Translations under genes and position numbers: made by a program
Origin: Alistipes sp. UBA928
GTDB taxonomy: Bacteria; Bacteroidota; Bacteroidia; Bacteroidales; Rikenellaceae
Direction of reading: 5' to 3'
DNA: 50,100 bases
NCBI GenBank assembly: GCA_002293665.1
Contig: DBDQ01000012.1
Location: forward strand, 1 to 50,100
The notes under the pieces: model-generated
What the model was told of the DNA's origin: nothing
What the model saw: the letters and a program-made list of their open reading frames with translations, nothing else
Database searches by the model: none
In this document: piece after piece, positions 24,313 through 33,929 of the stretch
Layout of the letters: every line of letters begins with the position of its first letter
Numbering within the stretch: the first letter of the stretch is position 1

Positions 24313-25725
24313 TCACTTGCCAAGCACCCGCCGTTCGATCTCCTCGATCTGGAGCCGGAAGTTGCGGTCGGTCTCCATCAGATTGGCCACCTGTTTGCAG
24401 GAGTGGAGCACGGTAGCGTGGTTTTTGCCTCCTATGGCGCCGCCGATCGCCGTGAGAGGCGCCTTGGTATGTTTTTTCGACAGGAACATGGCTATCTGGC
24501 GCGCCTGGGCGATCTCGCGCGTGCGCCGCTGCGAGGCAAAACTTTCGGCCGACACGCCAAGCACCTCACACACCGTCTGTTTGATACTGTCGATCGAAAT
24601 CTCCCTGCGGTGCACCTGGACATAGACCTTGAGTATCTCGCGGGCGAGCGACACCGTCACCTTGCGCCCGAGGAACTGGGCGTTGGCAACCAGCGAGGCG
24701 AGCGCCCCTTCGATCTCGCGCACGTTGGCGCGAATGTTGTCGGCCAAAAACAACACCACCTCTTCGGGAATTTCGAGCCCCAGCTTGAATATCTTGCTGC
24801 GTATGATCTTCACCTTGGTGTCGTAGTCGGGCACGGCGAGCTCGGCCGATAGCCCCCACTTGAAACGGGTGAGCAGTCGCTGTTCGATGTCACGGAGTTC
24901 GACGGGCGGCTTGTCAGAGGTGAGTATCAACTGTTTACCCGACAGTTGCAGGTGGTTGAATATGTTGAAGAAGGCGTTCTGTGTGGCCGGTTTGCCGCTC
25001 AGTTCCTGAATGTCGTCGATTATGAGCACGTCCACCATCTGGTAGAAGTGAATGAAGTCGTTGACCTCTTTATTAAGTATGGCCGTGGTGTACTGCGCCT
25101 GGAACTTGTGCATCGACACGTAGAGCACCTGCAAATTTGGGAACCGGCGTTTCACCTCGAGGCCGATGGCCTGAGCGACGTGGGTTTTGCCGAGCCCCGA
25201 GCCGCCGAAGATGTATAGCGGGTTGAAAGGGGTTGTTCCGGGGCTGAGGGCCACCGAAATCCCGGTCGAACGCACCAGCCTGTTGCAGTCGCCCTCGATG
25301 AAACTTTCGATTGTGTGGGCGGGGTTCAACTGCGAGTCGATAACTATGCGGCGAAGACCCGGAATAACAAAAGGATTTTTTATCTTTGTGGTGTCGGTCT
25401 GCTCTATAAAACGGGTGATCGGGGTGGTGTCGGAGTCGGCCGGAACGGGCATCGTCGGCGCCTCGGCTTTGGGCACGGCGTAGCGCAAACGGGTCTCTGC
25501 TCCGAACATATTTTGGATCAGTGAACGCAACAGCGGCAGGTGGTTTTTTTCGAGGTGAGTGACGTAACTTTCGTTCGGTACACGGAGCTTCAAAGTCACA
25601 CCGTCGAAGTCGAGCATCACGATCGGTTTGAACCAACGTGAGTACTCGTCCTCGGAAGTATTCTCTCGTATTCTGGCGAGACAATCCTGCCACACGGCGC
25701 TGTATTTCTGCGAGTTAGGAAGCAT
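24313..25725 (-). CDS. dnaA: chromosomal replication initiator protein DnaA
   Basis: The 470-aa ORF has the AAA+ Walker A (GGSGLGKTHVAQAIG), box VII and a C-terminal DnaA-box-binding HTH (REIAQARQIAMFLSKKHTKAPLTAIGGAIGGKNHATVLHSCKQV). Confidence 0.96.
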   Translation of the reverse strand: MLPNSQKYSAVWQDCLARIRENTSEDEYSRWFKPIVMLDFDGVTLKLRVPNESYVTHLEKNHLPLLRSLIQNMFGAETRLRYAVPKAEAPTMPVPADSDTTPITRFIEQTDTTKIKNPFVIPGLRRIVIDSQLNPAHTIESFIEGDCNRLVRSTGISVALSPGTTPFNPLYIFGGSGLGKTHVAQAIGLEVKRRFPNLQVLYVSMHKFQAQYTTAILNKEVNDFIHFYQMVDVLIIDDIQELSGKPATQNAFFNIFNHLQLSGKQLILTSDKPPVELRDIEQRLLTRFKWGLSAELAVPDYDTKVKIIRSKIFKLGLEIPEEVVLFLADNIRANVREIEGALASLVANAQFLGRKVTVSLAREILKVYVQVHRREISIDSIKQTVCEVLGVSAESFASQRRTREIAQARQIAMFLSKKHTKAPLTAIGGAIGGKNHATVLHSCKQVANLMETDRNFRLQIEEIERRVLGK

Positions 25726-25889
25726 TAACGAAATTGGTGTAACTAAGACGTGAGCAAAGGTGAGGACAAATTAGTGAAAAAAAAAGCAGGCAGTGTATTG
25801 CTTTTCAACTTTTAATTTATATAGATTTTCAGGGCTTTTCAGCCCCCCCCTTATTAACGCTTTGATAGTGAGATTTCACACTTTTTTTG

Positions 25890-25897
25890 TATCTTTG
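25890..25897 (+). promoter_or_regulatory. candidate -7 promoter box (TATCTTTG) for pgm
   Basis: Exact TAnnTTTG match 56 nt upstream of the ATG at 25954. Confidence 0.4.
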
Positions 25898-25953
25898 CCC
25901 ATAAATAAATACACCACAAAAACAAAATAACTATAATTTAAACCTATAAAGGC

Positions 25954-27693
25954 ATGACAAACGATCTGGACAGGCTCGCCCGCGCGAGGGCCCAAAAATG
26001 GCTCGACGGAGAGTTCGACGAAAACACAAAACGACAGGTGCGCGAGATGATGGAAAACGCCCCCGCCGAACTGCGCGAGAGCTTCTACCGCGACCTCGAA
26101 TTCGGCACCGGCGGACTCCGCGGTATCATGGGAGTGGGCACCAACCGAATGAATATCTACACCGTGGGAATGGCAACGCAGGGTCTGGCGAACTACCTGT
26201 CGAAATGTTTCGACGGCCAGGAGATACGCGTCGCCGTGAGCCACGACTCGCGCAACAACAGCCGCCTTTTCGCCGAGCGCGTAGCCGACATCTTCGCCTC
26301 CAACGGTTTCAAGACCTACCTGTTCGACGCCCTGCGCCCCACGCCCGAACTCAGTTTCGCCATCCGCGAACTCGGCTGCCACAGCGGCGTCATGGTCACC
26401 GCGTCGCACAATCCGCGCGAGTACAACGGCTACAAAGCCTACTGGGCCGACGGATCGCAGGTAACCGAACCCCACGACGCCAACATCATCGCCGAGGTGG
26501 GTCGCATAACCGACATTGCCCAGATACGCACCGGGAAGGCCGGCAACCGCATAGTCACCCTCGGCAGTGAGTTCGACGACATCTATCTTAATAAGGTACA
26601 CTCGCTCTCGCTCTCGCCCGACGCGGTGCGGCAGTTCCACGACATGAAGATCGTCTACACACCGCTCCACGGCGCCGGCGTACGCCTGGTGCCCGAGTCA
26701 CTCAGGCGCTATGGATTCACCAACGTCACGATGGTACCGGCCCAAAGTATCCTCGACGGCGACTTCCCAACCGTGGAGTTCCCCAATCCCGAGGAGCGCC
26801 CGACGATGAAGATGGCCATAGACCTTGCCGAGGAGATCGGCGCCGAGCTCGTTTTGGCTACCGACCCCGACGCCGACCGCCTCGCAATAGCCGTGAGAGA
26901 CGAACGCGACGAGTTCGTGTTGCTCAACGGCAACCAGACCTGCGCGCTCCTCGCCTCATATCTTCTGTCAGGCTGGGCCGAGAGGGGCAAGATCACCGGA
27001 CACGAATTCGTCGTCAAAACCATCGTCACGAGCGAGATGATCCCTGCAGTCGCCGCCCGTTTCGGCGTCGCGTGCTACGACTGCCTCACGGGATTCAAGT
27101 ACATCGCCAAGGTCATTCGTGAAAAAGAGGGCAAAGAGCAGTACATCGGCGGCGGCGAGGAGAGTTTCGGTTTCCTTGCGGGCGACTTCGTCAGAGACAA
27201 GGATGCCGTGAGCGCCTGTTCGCTGGCTGCCGAGGCCGCTGCGTGGGCCAAATCCAAAGGCATGTCGCTATTCGGCTGGCTGAAGTCGATGTACGTCGAG
27301 TACGGCTTCTATAAAGAAGGTCTGGTGTCGGTCACCCGCCGGGGCATCGAGGGTGTCGCCGAGATCGCGCAGATGATGGCCGACTACCGCTCGACGCCGC
27401 CGACCGCCATCCTCGGCTCGCCGGTGGTGACGATCCGCGACTTCCGGTCTCTCGAGGAGATCGACGTCGCTAGCGGCACCCGTACCCCCATGCAGCAGGA
27501 CGAGAGCAACGTGCTGCAATTCCTCACGGCCGACGGCACAAAAGTTTCGGTACGACCCTCGGGCACCGAACCCAAGATCAAGTTCTACTTCGGCGTCTGC
27601 GCACCCCTCCCCTCCGAAGACCAGTTCGACGAGGTAGAGGCCACCCTCGACGCCAGGATCGAAGCCATAAAACAAGAGATGAACCTCGTCTGA
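25954..27693 (+). CDS. pgm: phosphoglucomutase / phospho-sugar mutase (alpha-D-phosphohexomutase family)
   Basis: The 579-aa ORF has the active-site loop TASHNPREYNGYK, the metal-binding loop (ATDPDADRLA) and the sugar-binding loop GGEESFG. Confidence 0.9.
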   Translation: MTNDLDRLARARAQKWLDGEFDENTKRQVREMMENAPAELRESFYRDLEFGTGGLRGIMGVGTNRMNIYTVGMATQGLANYLSKCFDGQEIRVAVSHDSRNNSRLFAERVADIFASNGFKTYLFDALRPTPELSFAIRELGCHSGVMVTASHNPREYNGYKAYWADGSQVTEPHDANIIAEVGRITDIAQIRTGKAGNRIVTLGSEFDDIYLNKVHSLSLSPDAVRQFHDMKIVYTPLHGAGVRLVPESLRRYGFTNVTMVPAQSILDGDFPTVEFPNPEERPTMKMAIDLAEEIGAELVLATDPDADRLAIAVRDERDEFVLLNGNQTCALLASYLLSGWAERGKITGHEFVVKTIVTSEMIPAVAARFGVACYDCLTGFKYIAKVIREKEGKEQYIGGGEESFGFLAGDFVRDKDAVSACSLAAEAAAWAKSKGMSLFGWLKSMYVEYGFYKEGLVSVTRRGIEGVAEIAQMMADYRSTPPTAILGSPVVTIRDFRSLEEIDVASGTRTPMQQDESNVLQFLTADGTKVSVRPSGTEPKIKFYFGVCAPLPSEDQFDEVEATLDARIEAIKQEMNLV

Positions 27694-27743
27694 AAACACT
27701 CCCAATAGCACGTCACTGCGAGGAACTGCGAGGCACGAAACAG

Positions 27744-27784
27744 AACGAAGCAATCCGGAACGTACCCGGATTGCTTCGTTTTTC
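27744..27784 (+). terminator. intrinsic terminator after pgm (may also serve the convergent esterase gene)
   Basis: The sequence is AACGAAGCAATCCGGaacgtacCCGGATTGCTTCGTTtttc: a perfect 15-bp stem followed by a T-run. Confidence 0.8.
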
Positions 27785-27815
27785 AGGCCCACAATGACGA
27801 GACGGCTTAACCCGA

Positions 27816-28661
27816 TCATTCTTCGAATCCCATCGAAACGAAAGTCAGCACGGAAGGAAGGGCGGATGTCCAATACTCCCAGTTGTGGGCGCCGTTGCGT
27901 ATGCGGAACTGGAGCGGAATTTGTTTCTCCTTCATCGCGCTGAAGAAGTCGATGTTGGCCTGCCACAGGAAGTCGTCGTCGCCGCAATCGACCCACCAGC
28001 GTACACCGCGCAGAGCCTCGACCTGCTCCGGAGTGGCGTTGCGCACAAAATCTACGTGAGAACTGGTGGTGTAACTGCGGCCCATTCCGGAGAGTGCACC
28101 GCTCAGCGGACAGGCGCTGGAGAACATCTCGGGGTGATGCTGGGCATAGCCCACGCTGCCGCCACCGCCCATCGACAGACCCGCGACGGCGCGGTGCCGC
28201 TTATCGCCGATTATACGATAGGTGCGCTCGATGTGGGGAATGAACTCCTCGAAGAAGTGATCCTCGTAGGGCCATTCGGGCTGGTTGAAGTAGCCTCGGT
28301 TACGGGTCGATCCACCCTCCGGGCCGCCACTCTCGCCGCTCGCGTCGGGCATCACTATAATCATGGCCCGGGCGAGTCCGGCCTCGATGTGTTCGTCGGT
28401 GATCATTTGCATGTTGCCTTTCAGGAGCCACCCCGTATGGTCGTCGCCTGCACCGTGCAGCAGATAGAGAACGGGGTATTTCTTGTTCGGATCGGCGTCG
28501 TAACCCGCCGGAAGATAGACTGTATACGATTTTTCGACACCCAACAGGGCGCTCGTCATGGTGCCTTGTTCCGTGCGACTGCGCTGTTGCTGCGACTGGG
28601 TTTGGGCCGTCGCGGCAACCAAAGTGGCAACGGCGATCAGCGAAAGCAGGATTCGTTTCAT
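27816..28661 (-). CDS. secreted alpha/beta-hydrolase, putative esterase family (esterase D / CE1-like)
   Basis: The 281-aa ORF has a signal peptide (MKRILLSLIAVATLVAATAQT), the motif YPVLYLLHGAGDDH and the nucleophile elbow GLSMGG. Confidence 0.8.
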   Translation of the reverse strand: MKRILLSLIAVATLVAATAQTQSQQQRSRTEQGTMTSALLGVEKSYTVYLPAGYDADPNKKYPVLYLLHGAGDDHTGWLLKGNMQMITDEHIEAGLARAMIIVMPDASGESGGPEGGSTRNRGYFNQPEWPYEDHFFEEFIPHIERTYRIIGDKRHRAVAGLSMGGGGSVGYAQHHPEMFSSACPLSGALSGMGRSYTTSSHVDFVRNATPEQVEALRGVRWWVDCGDDDFLWQANIDFFSAMKEKQIPLQFRIRNGAHNWEYWTSALPSVLTFVSMGFEE

Positions 28662-28749
28662 AGTGTCATTACTTTAAATTATCGGTTAATTAAATGCTTG
28701 CGCTTAATCCTTCGCTCGCACACCGCAGGTCTGTGTTCCGCCCTCCCAC

Positions 28750-29457
28750 TTATTTCACACGGATAAGATTGATGCCATCTCGCAGAGGCAGGATCACATT
28801 CTCGACCCGCGGATCGGTCGCCACCAAGCGATTAAATTCCACGACCCCCGCCGTGTGCCTGTCCGAACTCCCATCCCGCAAACCAATTTCGTCGGACTTC
28901 AGCCCAACCACCTTTCCATACCACAAAACATTGTCCGTCAGAATGATACCCCCCGACCGAACCATCGCCGGCGCCCCTCCGTCACCCATCACCATCCGAT
29001 AATAGTCGGGATATTCGCGCTTGTCACCGTCTATATATATAAGGTCAAAAACGCGCTCCTCCCCGGGCGTCGGCCAAACCAACCGGGGCACAACCTCCAA
29101 AGCCGACCCGATATGCAGATGTATCTTATGGCCGTGAACACTCCGCGTAAAAAATGACCGCGCAATATCCTCGAGCTCATCGTCGATCTCAACCGTGTGG
29201 ATTTCAGCACCATCCTCAAGCCCGGCAGCGATCGAAAGCGCCGAATAGCCCGTGAAAGTGCCAATCTCGAGCACCCGCCGCGGCCGCAACATCCGGGTCA
29301 CAAGGTTTAAAAAAGCCCCCTGCACGCGCCCCGACACCATCTGAGGGTGTATAACTTTCTGATTTGTCGCGCGTTCGAGTTCATCCAACAGCGCGCACTC
29401 CGTTTCATTGCCCGCCGACGAATGCTCCTCTATATATCGTTCGATGCTATTCACCAA
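28750..29457 (-). CDS. class I SAM-dependent O-methyltransferase (family 3, caffeoyl-CoA OMT / YrrM-like)
   Basis: The 235-aa ORF has the SAM motif VLEIGTFTGYSAL and the downstream motif FDLIYIDGDK. Confidence 0.85.
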   Translation of the reverse strand: MVNSIERYIEEHSSAGNETECALLDELERATNQKVIHPQMVSGRVQGAFLNLVTRMLRPRRVLEIGTFTGYSALSIAAGLEDGAEIHTVEIDDELEDIARSFFTRSVHGHKIHLHIGSALEVVPRLVWPTPGEERVFDLIYIDGDKREYPDYYRMVMGDGGAPAMVRSGGIILTDNVLWYGKVVGLKSDEIGLRDGSSDRHTAGVVEFNRLVATDPRVENVILPLRDGINLIRVK

Positions 29458-29479
29458 TCTGTCTAAATAAAGCTTATAA

Positions 29480-30697
29480 TTACCTGTATATCACCGTCGA
29501 AAGCGACCCGAAAACCTCGCGCGCCACCGTCATCAATTCTTCGGCGGTAATCTCGTTCACCTTTCGTATGACAGTCTGCGGCGAGTCTATCTCGTTATAG
29601 ATCAGAAAACTCTTTGCCGCTCCGAGCATATATCCCTCATTCGAATCGGTCGAGATAGAGAACTGCCCGATGAACTGTTTTTTTGCCATCGAGAGCTGAC
29701 GCGGCGTCATTGGCGATGACATAATGCGCTCAATCTCAACGCCTGTCAACTCTCGACAACGCTCTATCTTGTCGCGCTCACAACTGAAATATATGTTCGC
29801 AAATCCCGTATCGGAATATGGCATATATCCGGCGTCGATATTGTAGGTCAGGCCATTACGCTCTCTTAAGGCACTGTTAAGTCGCGAATTGGCCGCAGGA
29901 CCTCCGAGCACATTCACAAGCAGCGACAAGGGCAGGCGACGATCATCGAACAGAGAGTACGCGCGGGCACCTAACACACAATGAGACTGATGATTGCCAC
30001 CCTTCGACACAATCTTTTCAAAAGGCGTGCAAAGCGGCGGCACTACCCTCTCGAACTCGCGTTTCACAGCCGTTACTCCACCAAAACAGCGCTCACAGAC
30101 GGCTACAAAGACTTTCTCTGAAATATTGCCAACCGCCGAGAATACCATCTGATCAGGTGTATAAGTGCGCGAAACGAAATTACGCAGTTTTTCTGAACTA
30201 AACTTCGACACCGACCGCGCCGTTCCAACTATACTGCGTCCGAGCGTCGACCCGGCGAACATCAACGCATCGAAATTGTCGTAAAGCATCTCTTGTGGAA
30301 TATCACGATAACTATTTATCTCATCCACAATTACTTGCTTCTCACGTTCAACCTCGCGCTCCGGAAATGTCGAATTGAATACCATGTCGGCGATCAATTC
30401 GGCGGCTTTCGGAAAATCACCCTTCAATGTGGTGGCATTTATGCTCGTATCTTCCTTGGTAGTGAACGCGTTAAGTTCGCCGCCAAGGTTTTCGAGTCGG
30501 CTGCTTATGTGAAAAGCGCGCCGACGGGCGGTACCTTTGAACAGACCGTGCTCCACGAAATGCGCCATGCCGTGTTCTGCCGGAAGTTCGTCCCGGCTGC
30601 CAGTGTTTATTGTTAACGCACAATAAGTTACCGCCGATCGCACCCGTTTGTGAATACATCGTATACCGCTCGGCAGTGTGAAAGTCAAAAATTCCAT
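29480..30697 (-). CDS. M16-family (pitrilysin/insulinase-like) zinc peptidase
   Basis: The 405-aa ORF has the inverted zinc motif HxxEH (GMAHFVEHGLFKGT). Its start abuts the uvrA stop with no gap. Confidence 0.85.
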   Translation of the reverse strand: MEFLTFTLPSGIRCIHKRVRSAVTYCALTINTGSRDELPAEHGMAHFVEHGLFKGTARRRAFHISSRLENLGGELNAFTTKEDTSINATTLKGDFPKAAELIADMVFNSTFPEREVEREKQVIVDEINSYRDIPQEMLYDNFDALMFAGSTLGRSIVGTARSVSKFSSEKLRNFVSRTYTPDQMVFSAVGNISEKVFVAVCERCFGGVTAVKREFERVVPPLCTPFEKIVSKGGNHQSHCVLGARAYSLFDDRRLPLSLLVNVLGGPAANSRLNSALRERNGLTYNIDAGYMPYSDTGFANIYFSCERDKIERCRELTGVEIERIMSSPMTPRQLSMAKKQFIGQFSISTDSNEGYMLGAAKSFLIYNEIDSPQTVIRKVNEITAEELMTVAREVFGSLSTVIYR

Positions 30698-33565
30698 CTA
30701 TTTCTTAATATTCTTAGTCGCCAAAAAACGTCCGGTATAACTCTCGGCGCACTTTTCAAGTCCCGCCGGCGTGCCCTCGAACACTACCCTGCCCCCTTCG
30801 GCACCACCTTCCGGCCCAAGGTCGATAACGTGGTCGGCACAGCGTATCACGTCGGGATTGTGTTCCACGATAACGATCGTGTGTCCTCTGGCAATCAGCG
30901 CATTAAACGACGCAAGAAGTTTATTTATATCGTGAAAGTGCAGCCCTGTCGTCGGTTCGTCGAAGATAAACATCATGCGCCCCTCCGAACTGTCCTTCAG
31001 CAAAAAAGATGCGAGTTTAACTCGCTGACTTTCACCACCAGAGAGCGTCGAAGAAGACTGTCCGAGCTTCACATAACCCAGTCCCACGCTTTGCAGCGCG
31101 CCGAGCCGTTCGACGATCCGGCGCGCGGTAGCCGAGGTATCCTCCTTGAAAAACGCAATTGCCTCATCCACCGTCATTTCCAACACGTCGAAAATGTTTT
31201 TATCGCGGTATCGCACCTCCAACACCTCATCCTTAAAACGCCGTCCGCCACAAGCCTCGCAGGTAAGTTCCACATCGGCCATGAACTGCATCTCGACACG
31301 GATAACTCCCTCACCCTGACACTCTTCGCATCGCCCACCCGCGGTATTAAACGAAAAGAACGAGGCAGGCATCGCATTATGTTTCGCATAAGGTTGATCG
31401 GCAAAAAGTTTTCTGATCTCGTCGTAAGCTTTAATATACGTCACGGGATTCGAGCGCGAAGATCGTCCGATCGGGTTTTGGTCGATCATCTCGACCCCGA
31501 TCAGCAAACTGACATCGCCTTCGAGCGAAGCAAAACTGCCCGGTTTCAGTCCGGTTTCGTCGAGTCTTCGCTTAAGTGCCGGATAGAGAACCCCGCGAAC
31601 AAGTGACGATTTACCGCTGCCGCTGACACCTGTCACACAAGTAATTACCCCCAACGGAAACTTCACATCCACCCCCTTGAGATTATTCTCGCGAACACCC
31701 TTCAGTTCGATAAAATTCCGCCATGCGCGCGGAGTGGCAGGCGGTTCGATCCTCCGTCGTCCCGTCAAATAGTCGGCCGTCAGACTATCTTTTTCACTCA
31801 GAAGTCCCTTGAAATCACCACTATACACAATTTTTCCGCCTCCATAACCCGCCCGCGGACCTATATCAATTATCTGGTCGGCAGCACGCATCGTCTCCTC
31901 GTCGTGTTCGACCACAATGACCGTGTTACCCATATCGCGCAGTTGCTTCAACACGCCGATAAGCCGCTCTGTATCACGAGGATGCAGGCCAATACTCGGC
32001 TCGTCGAGAATATACAGCGATCCCACGAGATTGCTCCCCAGCGACGACGACAGATTGATCCTCTGACTCTCACCGCCCGACAAAGTAGATGACAGGCGAT
32101 CGAGCGTAAGATAGCTAAGCCCCACATCCACAAGATATTGCAAACGATTAGTAATCTCAGTGAGTACCCGGCCGCCAGTCTCACGATCGTGAGCGTCAAG
32201 AGACATCACCGAACCAGAACCAGAACCAGAATTCGAACCCAAACCCGAATCTGAGCCTAAACCCGACCCTGTCAACAATTCAGAAAAAAACTCCCGTAAC
32301 TCCCCCACAGTCATCTTCACAAGCTCCACGATCGAGCGGCCGCCAACCCGAACCCAAAACGCCTCGCGCCGCAACCTTCCGCCACCACACTCGGGACATA
32401 CTGTCTTACCGGTATAGCGCGACAGCATCACCCTGTATTGAATCTTATATCGCTCACCTTCAAGATATTCAAAGAACGAATCGAGCCCCTTGAAATATTC
32501 GTTACCCGTCCACAACAGTCGCCGCTGTTCGGGCGTCAATTCATAAAATGGCTCGTGAACAGGGAAATCGAACCGCCATGCGTTGTCGACCAACTGCTGG
32601 CGCCACCACCCCATCGTCTCTCCACGCCACGCTACAATCGCCTCATTATAAATACTTTTAGTCTTGTCTGGCACCACCAGGTCTTCATCTATCCCGGTCA
32701 CCTTGCCGTACCCTTCGCACACGGGACACGCCCCTAGCGGATTGTTGAAACTGAAAAGGTGTTCGGTGGGATGCTCGAAAACGATCCCATCCATCTCGAA
32801 ACGCAACGAAAATTCCTGAACAACGGGGGTATCGGCGCCCGAAATAATCTTACAAACATCTGACCCATAGTCAAATGCACGCGCAACCGAATCACCCGCC
32901 CGAGTCAGGAATTCATCGCCCGCTGACACCTTAAAACGGTCGATAATAACATCCATTTTTGGAATCTCGACATCGGTATCGAGTGTCGGCAACACATCCT
33001 CTATTAACTGAACTTCATCTCGAAACCATACTCTCTGAATACCCTCGCCCAGCAACACGACCAACCGCTCTATCACCCCCTGTTCACCTTCAAGAATCAG
33101 CGGTGCGGCAACAACAACCCTCTCTCCTTCAGGCAACGACGAAATATAAGACACAACGTCGTCGACACCGAAACTTCGCACCTCACGTCCCGAAACAGGC
33201 GAAAAAGTATGCCCGATACGCGCGAAAAGCAACTTCAGATAATCATAAATTTCAGTAGAAGTCCCTACCGTCGATCGCGGATTTCGCGTATTAACCTTCT
33301 GTTCGATCGCAATCGCCGGTGCAATACCGGTAATAAAATCGACATCAGGCTTGTCGATACGCCCCAAAAACTGCCGTGCATAGGCCGACAGAGACTCGAC
33401 ATAACGCCTCTGTCCTTCGGCGAATATCGTGTCAAAAGCAAGCGTCGACTTACCCGAGCCCGACAACCCCGTAACAACAACCAACTGATTATGAGGAATT
33501 TTAACCTCCACATTTTGCAGGTTGTGAACCCGCGCTCCTTTAATATGTATGAAATTTTGCGCCAA
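30698..33565 (-). CDS. uvrA: excinuclease ABC subunit UvrA
   Basis: The 955-aa ORF has an apparent TTG start. It carries two ABC ATPase modules (GLSGSGKSTLAFDT, GVSGSGKSSL, two LSGGE.QR signatures) and zinc-finger Cys pairs. Confidence 0.97.
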   Translation of the reverse strand: MAQNFIHIKGARVHNLQNVEVKIPHNQLVVVTGLSGSGKSTLAFDTIFAEGQRRYVESLSAYARQFLGRIDKPDVDFITGIAPAIAIEQKVNTRNPRSTVGTSTEIYDYLKLLFARIGHTFSPVSGREVRSFGVDDVVSYISSLPEGERVVVAAPLILEGEQGVIERLVVLLGEGIQRVWFRDEVQLIEDVLPTLDTDVEIPKMDVIIDRFKVSAGDEFLTRAGDSVARAFDYGSDVCKIISGADTPVVQEFSLRFEMDGIVFEHPTEHLFSFNNPLGACPVCEGYGKVTGIDEDLVVPDKTKSIYNEAIVAWRGETMGWWRQQLVDNAWRFDFPVHEPFYELTPEQRRLLWTGNEYFKGLDSFFEYLEGERYKIQYRVMLSRYTGKTVCPECGGGRLRREAFWVRVGGRSIVELVKMTVGELREFFSELLTGSGLGSDSGLGSNSGSGSGSVMSLDAHDRETGGRVLTEITNRLQYLVDVGLSYLTLDRLSSTLSGGESQRINLSSSLGSNLVGSLYILDEPSIGLHPRDTERLIGVLKQLRDMGNTVIVVEHDEETMRAADQIIDIGPRAGYGGGKIVYSGDFKGLLSEKDSLTADYLTGRRRIEPPATPRAWRNFIELKGVRENNLKGVDVKFPLGVITCVTGVSGSGKSSLVRGVLYPALKRRLDETGLKPGSFASLEGDVSLLIGVEMIDQNPIGRSSRSNPVTYIKAYDEIRKLFADQPYAKHNAMPASFFSFNTAGGRCEECQGEGVIRVEMQFMADVELTCEACGGRRFKDEVLEVRYRDKNIFDVLEMTVDEAIAFFKEDTSATARRIVERLGALQSVGLGYVKLGQSSSTLSGGESQRVKLASFLLKDSSEGRMMFIFDEPTTGLHFHDINKLLASFNALIARGHTIVIVEHNPDVIRCADHVIDLGPEGGAEGGRVVFEGTPAGLEKCAESYTGRFLATKNIKK
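32208..32268. repeat. hexanucleotide-type microsatellite inside uvrA encoding a Gly/Ser-rich insert
   Basis: The plus-strand sequence ccgaaccagaaccagaaccagaattcgaacccaaacccgaatctgagcctaaacccgaccc encodes TGSGLGSDSGLGSNSGSGSGS on the minus strand. Confidence 0.6.
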
Positions 33566-33576
33566 TTTTTTCTGTT

Positions 33577-33900
33577 TTATAAAATATCCATCGCAACGGC
33601 AGCAACCACGATAATCGTCACAACAGGAAGTATCAAACCAAGTATAATATTTTTTCTAAACAGCCGACAATTCAGATATGCTATCCACACCAGGTAGACC
33701 GGATAAGCAAGAACCAATAGCATGACCAAAAGACCGAGCAAAAAACAAGGGTGATAATAGCTTAAAGCATAAGCCGTTAAAAAAGCAATCGCAGGCCAAA
33801 GCAGGGTCGGCAACAACACAACAGCCAAATTCAAGACTCTAAACCACACAGGCAAATCACTCGAAACCAACCCTTTAATCACCCTCACGACCCGTCTCAT
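33577..33900 (-). CDS. hypothetical small integral membrane protein
   Basis: Three to four hydrophobic segments are present. I preferred the ATG at 33900 (MRRVVRV...) over the GTG at 33927 used by the track ORF. G+C is lower than in neighbouring genes, and I recognised no family. Confidence 0.5.
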   Translation of the reverse strand: MRRVVRVIKGLVSSDLPVWFRVLNLAVVLLPTLLWPAIAFLTAYALSYYHPCFLLGLLVMLLVLAYPVYLVWIAYLNCRLFRKNIILGLILPVVTIIVVAAVAMDIL

Positions 33901-33929
33901 TGCCAATACAATTGCCTCCTCCGGCACAT

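Noticed and set aside
24131-24316. 61-aa ORF on the minus strand in the dnaA-recA spacer.
   Set aside because: It is composed almost entirely of the terminator and the 20-bp hairpin sequence. Its K/F-rich translation looks like a by-product of A/T runs.
25843-25850. C8 homopolymer in the dnaA-pgm spacer and G8 at 41466-41473 in the miaB-ychF spacer, considered as possible phase-variation tracts.
   Set aside because: Both are intergenic and not placed between the -33 and -7 elements I could identify. At about 30% G and 30% C, a few 8-mers are expected by chance in 50 kb.
32208-32268. The repetitive DNA in uvrA and in the HTH gene (17247-17294), considered as a possible CRISPR-like or mobile repeat.
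   Set aside because: The units are 6-12 nt, contiguous, in frame and without spacers. They are coding microsatellites, not CRISPR arrays or transposon ends.
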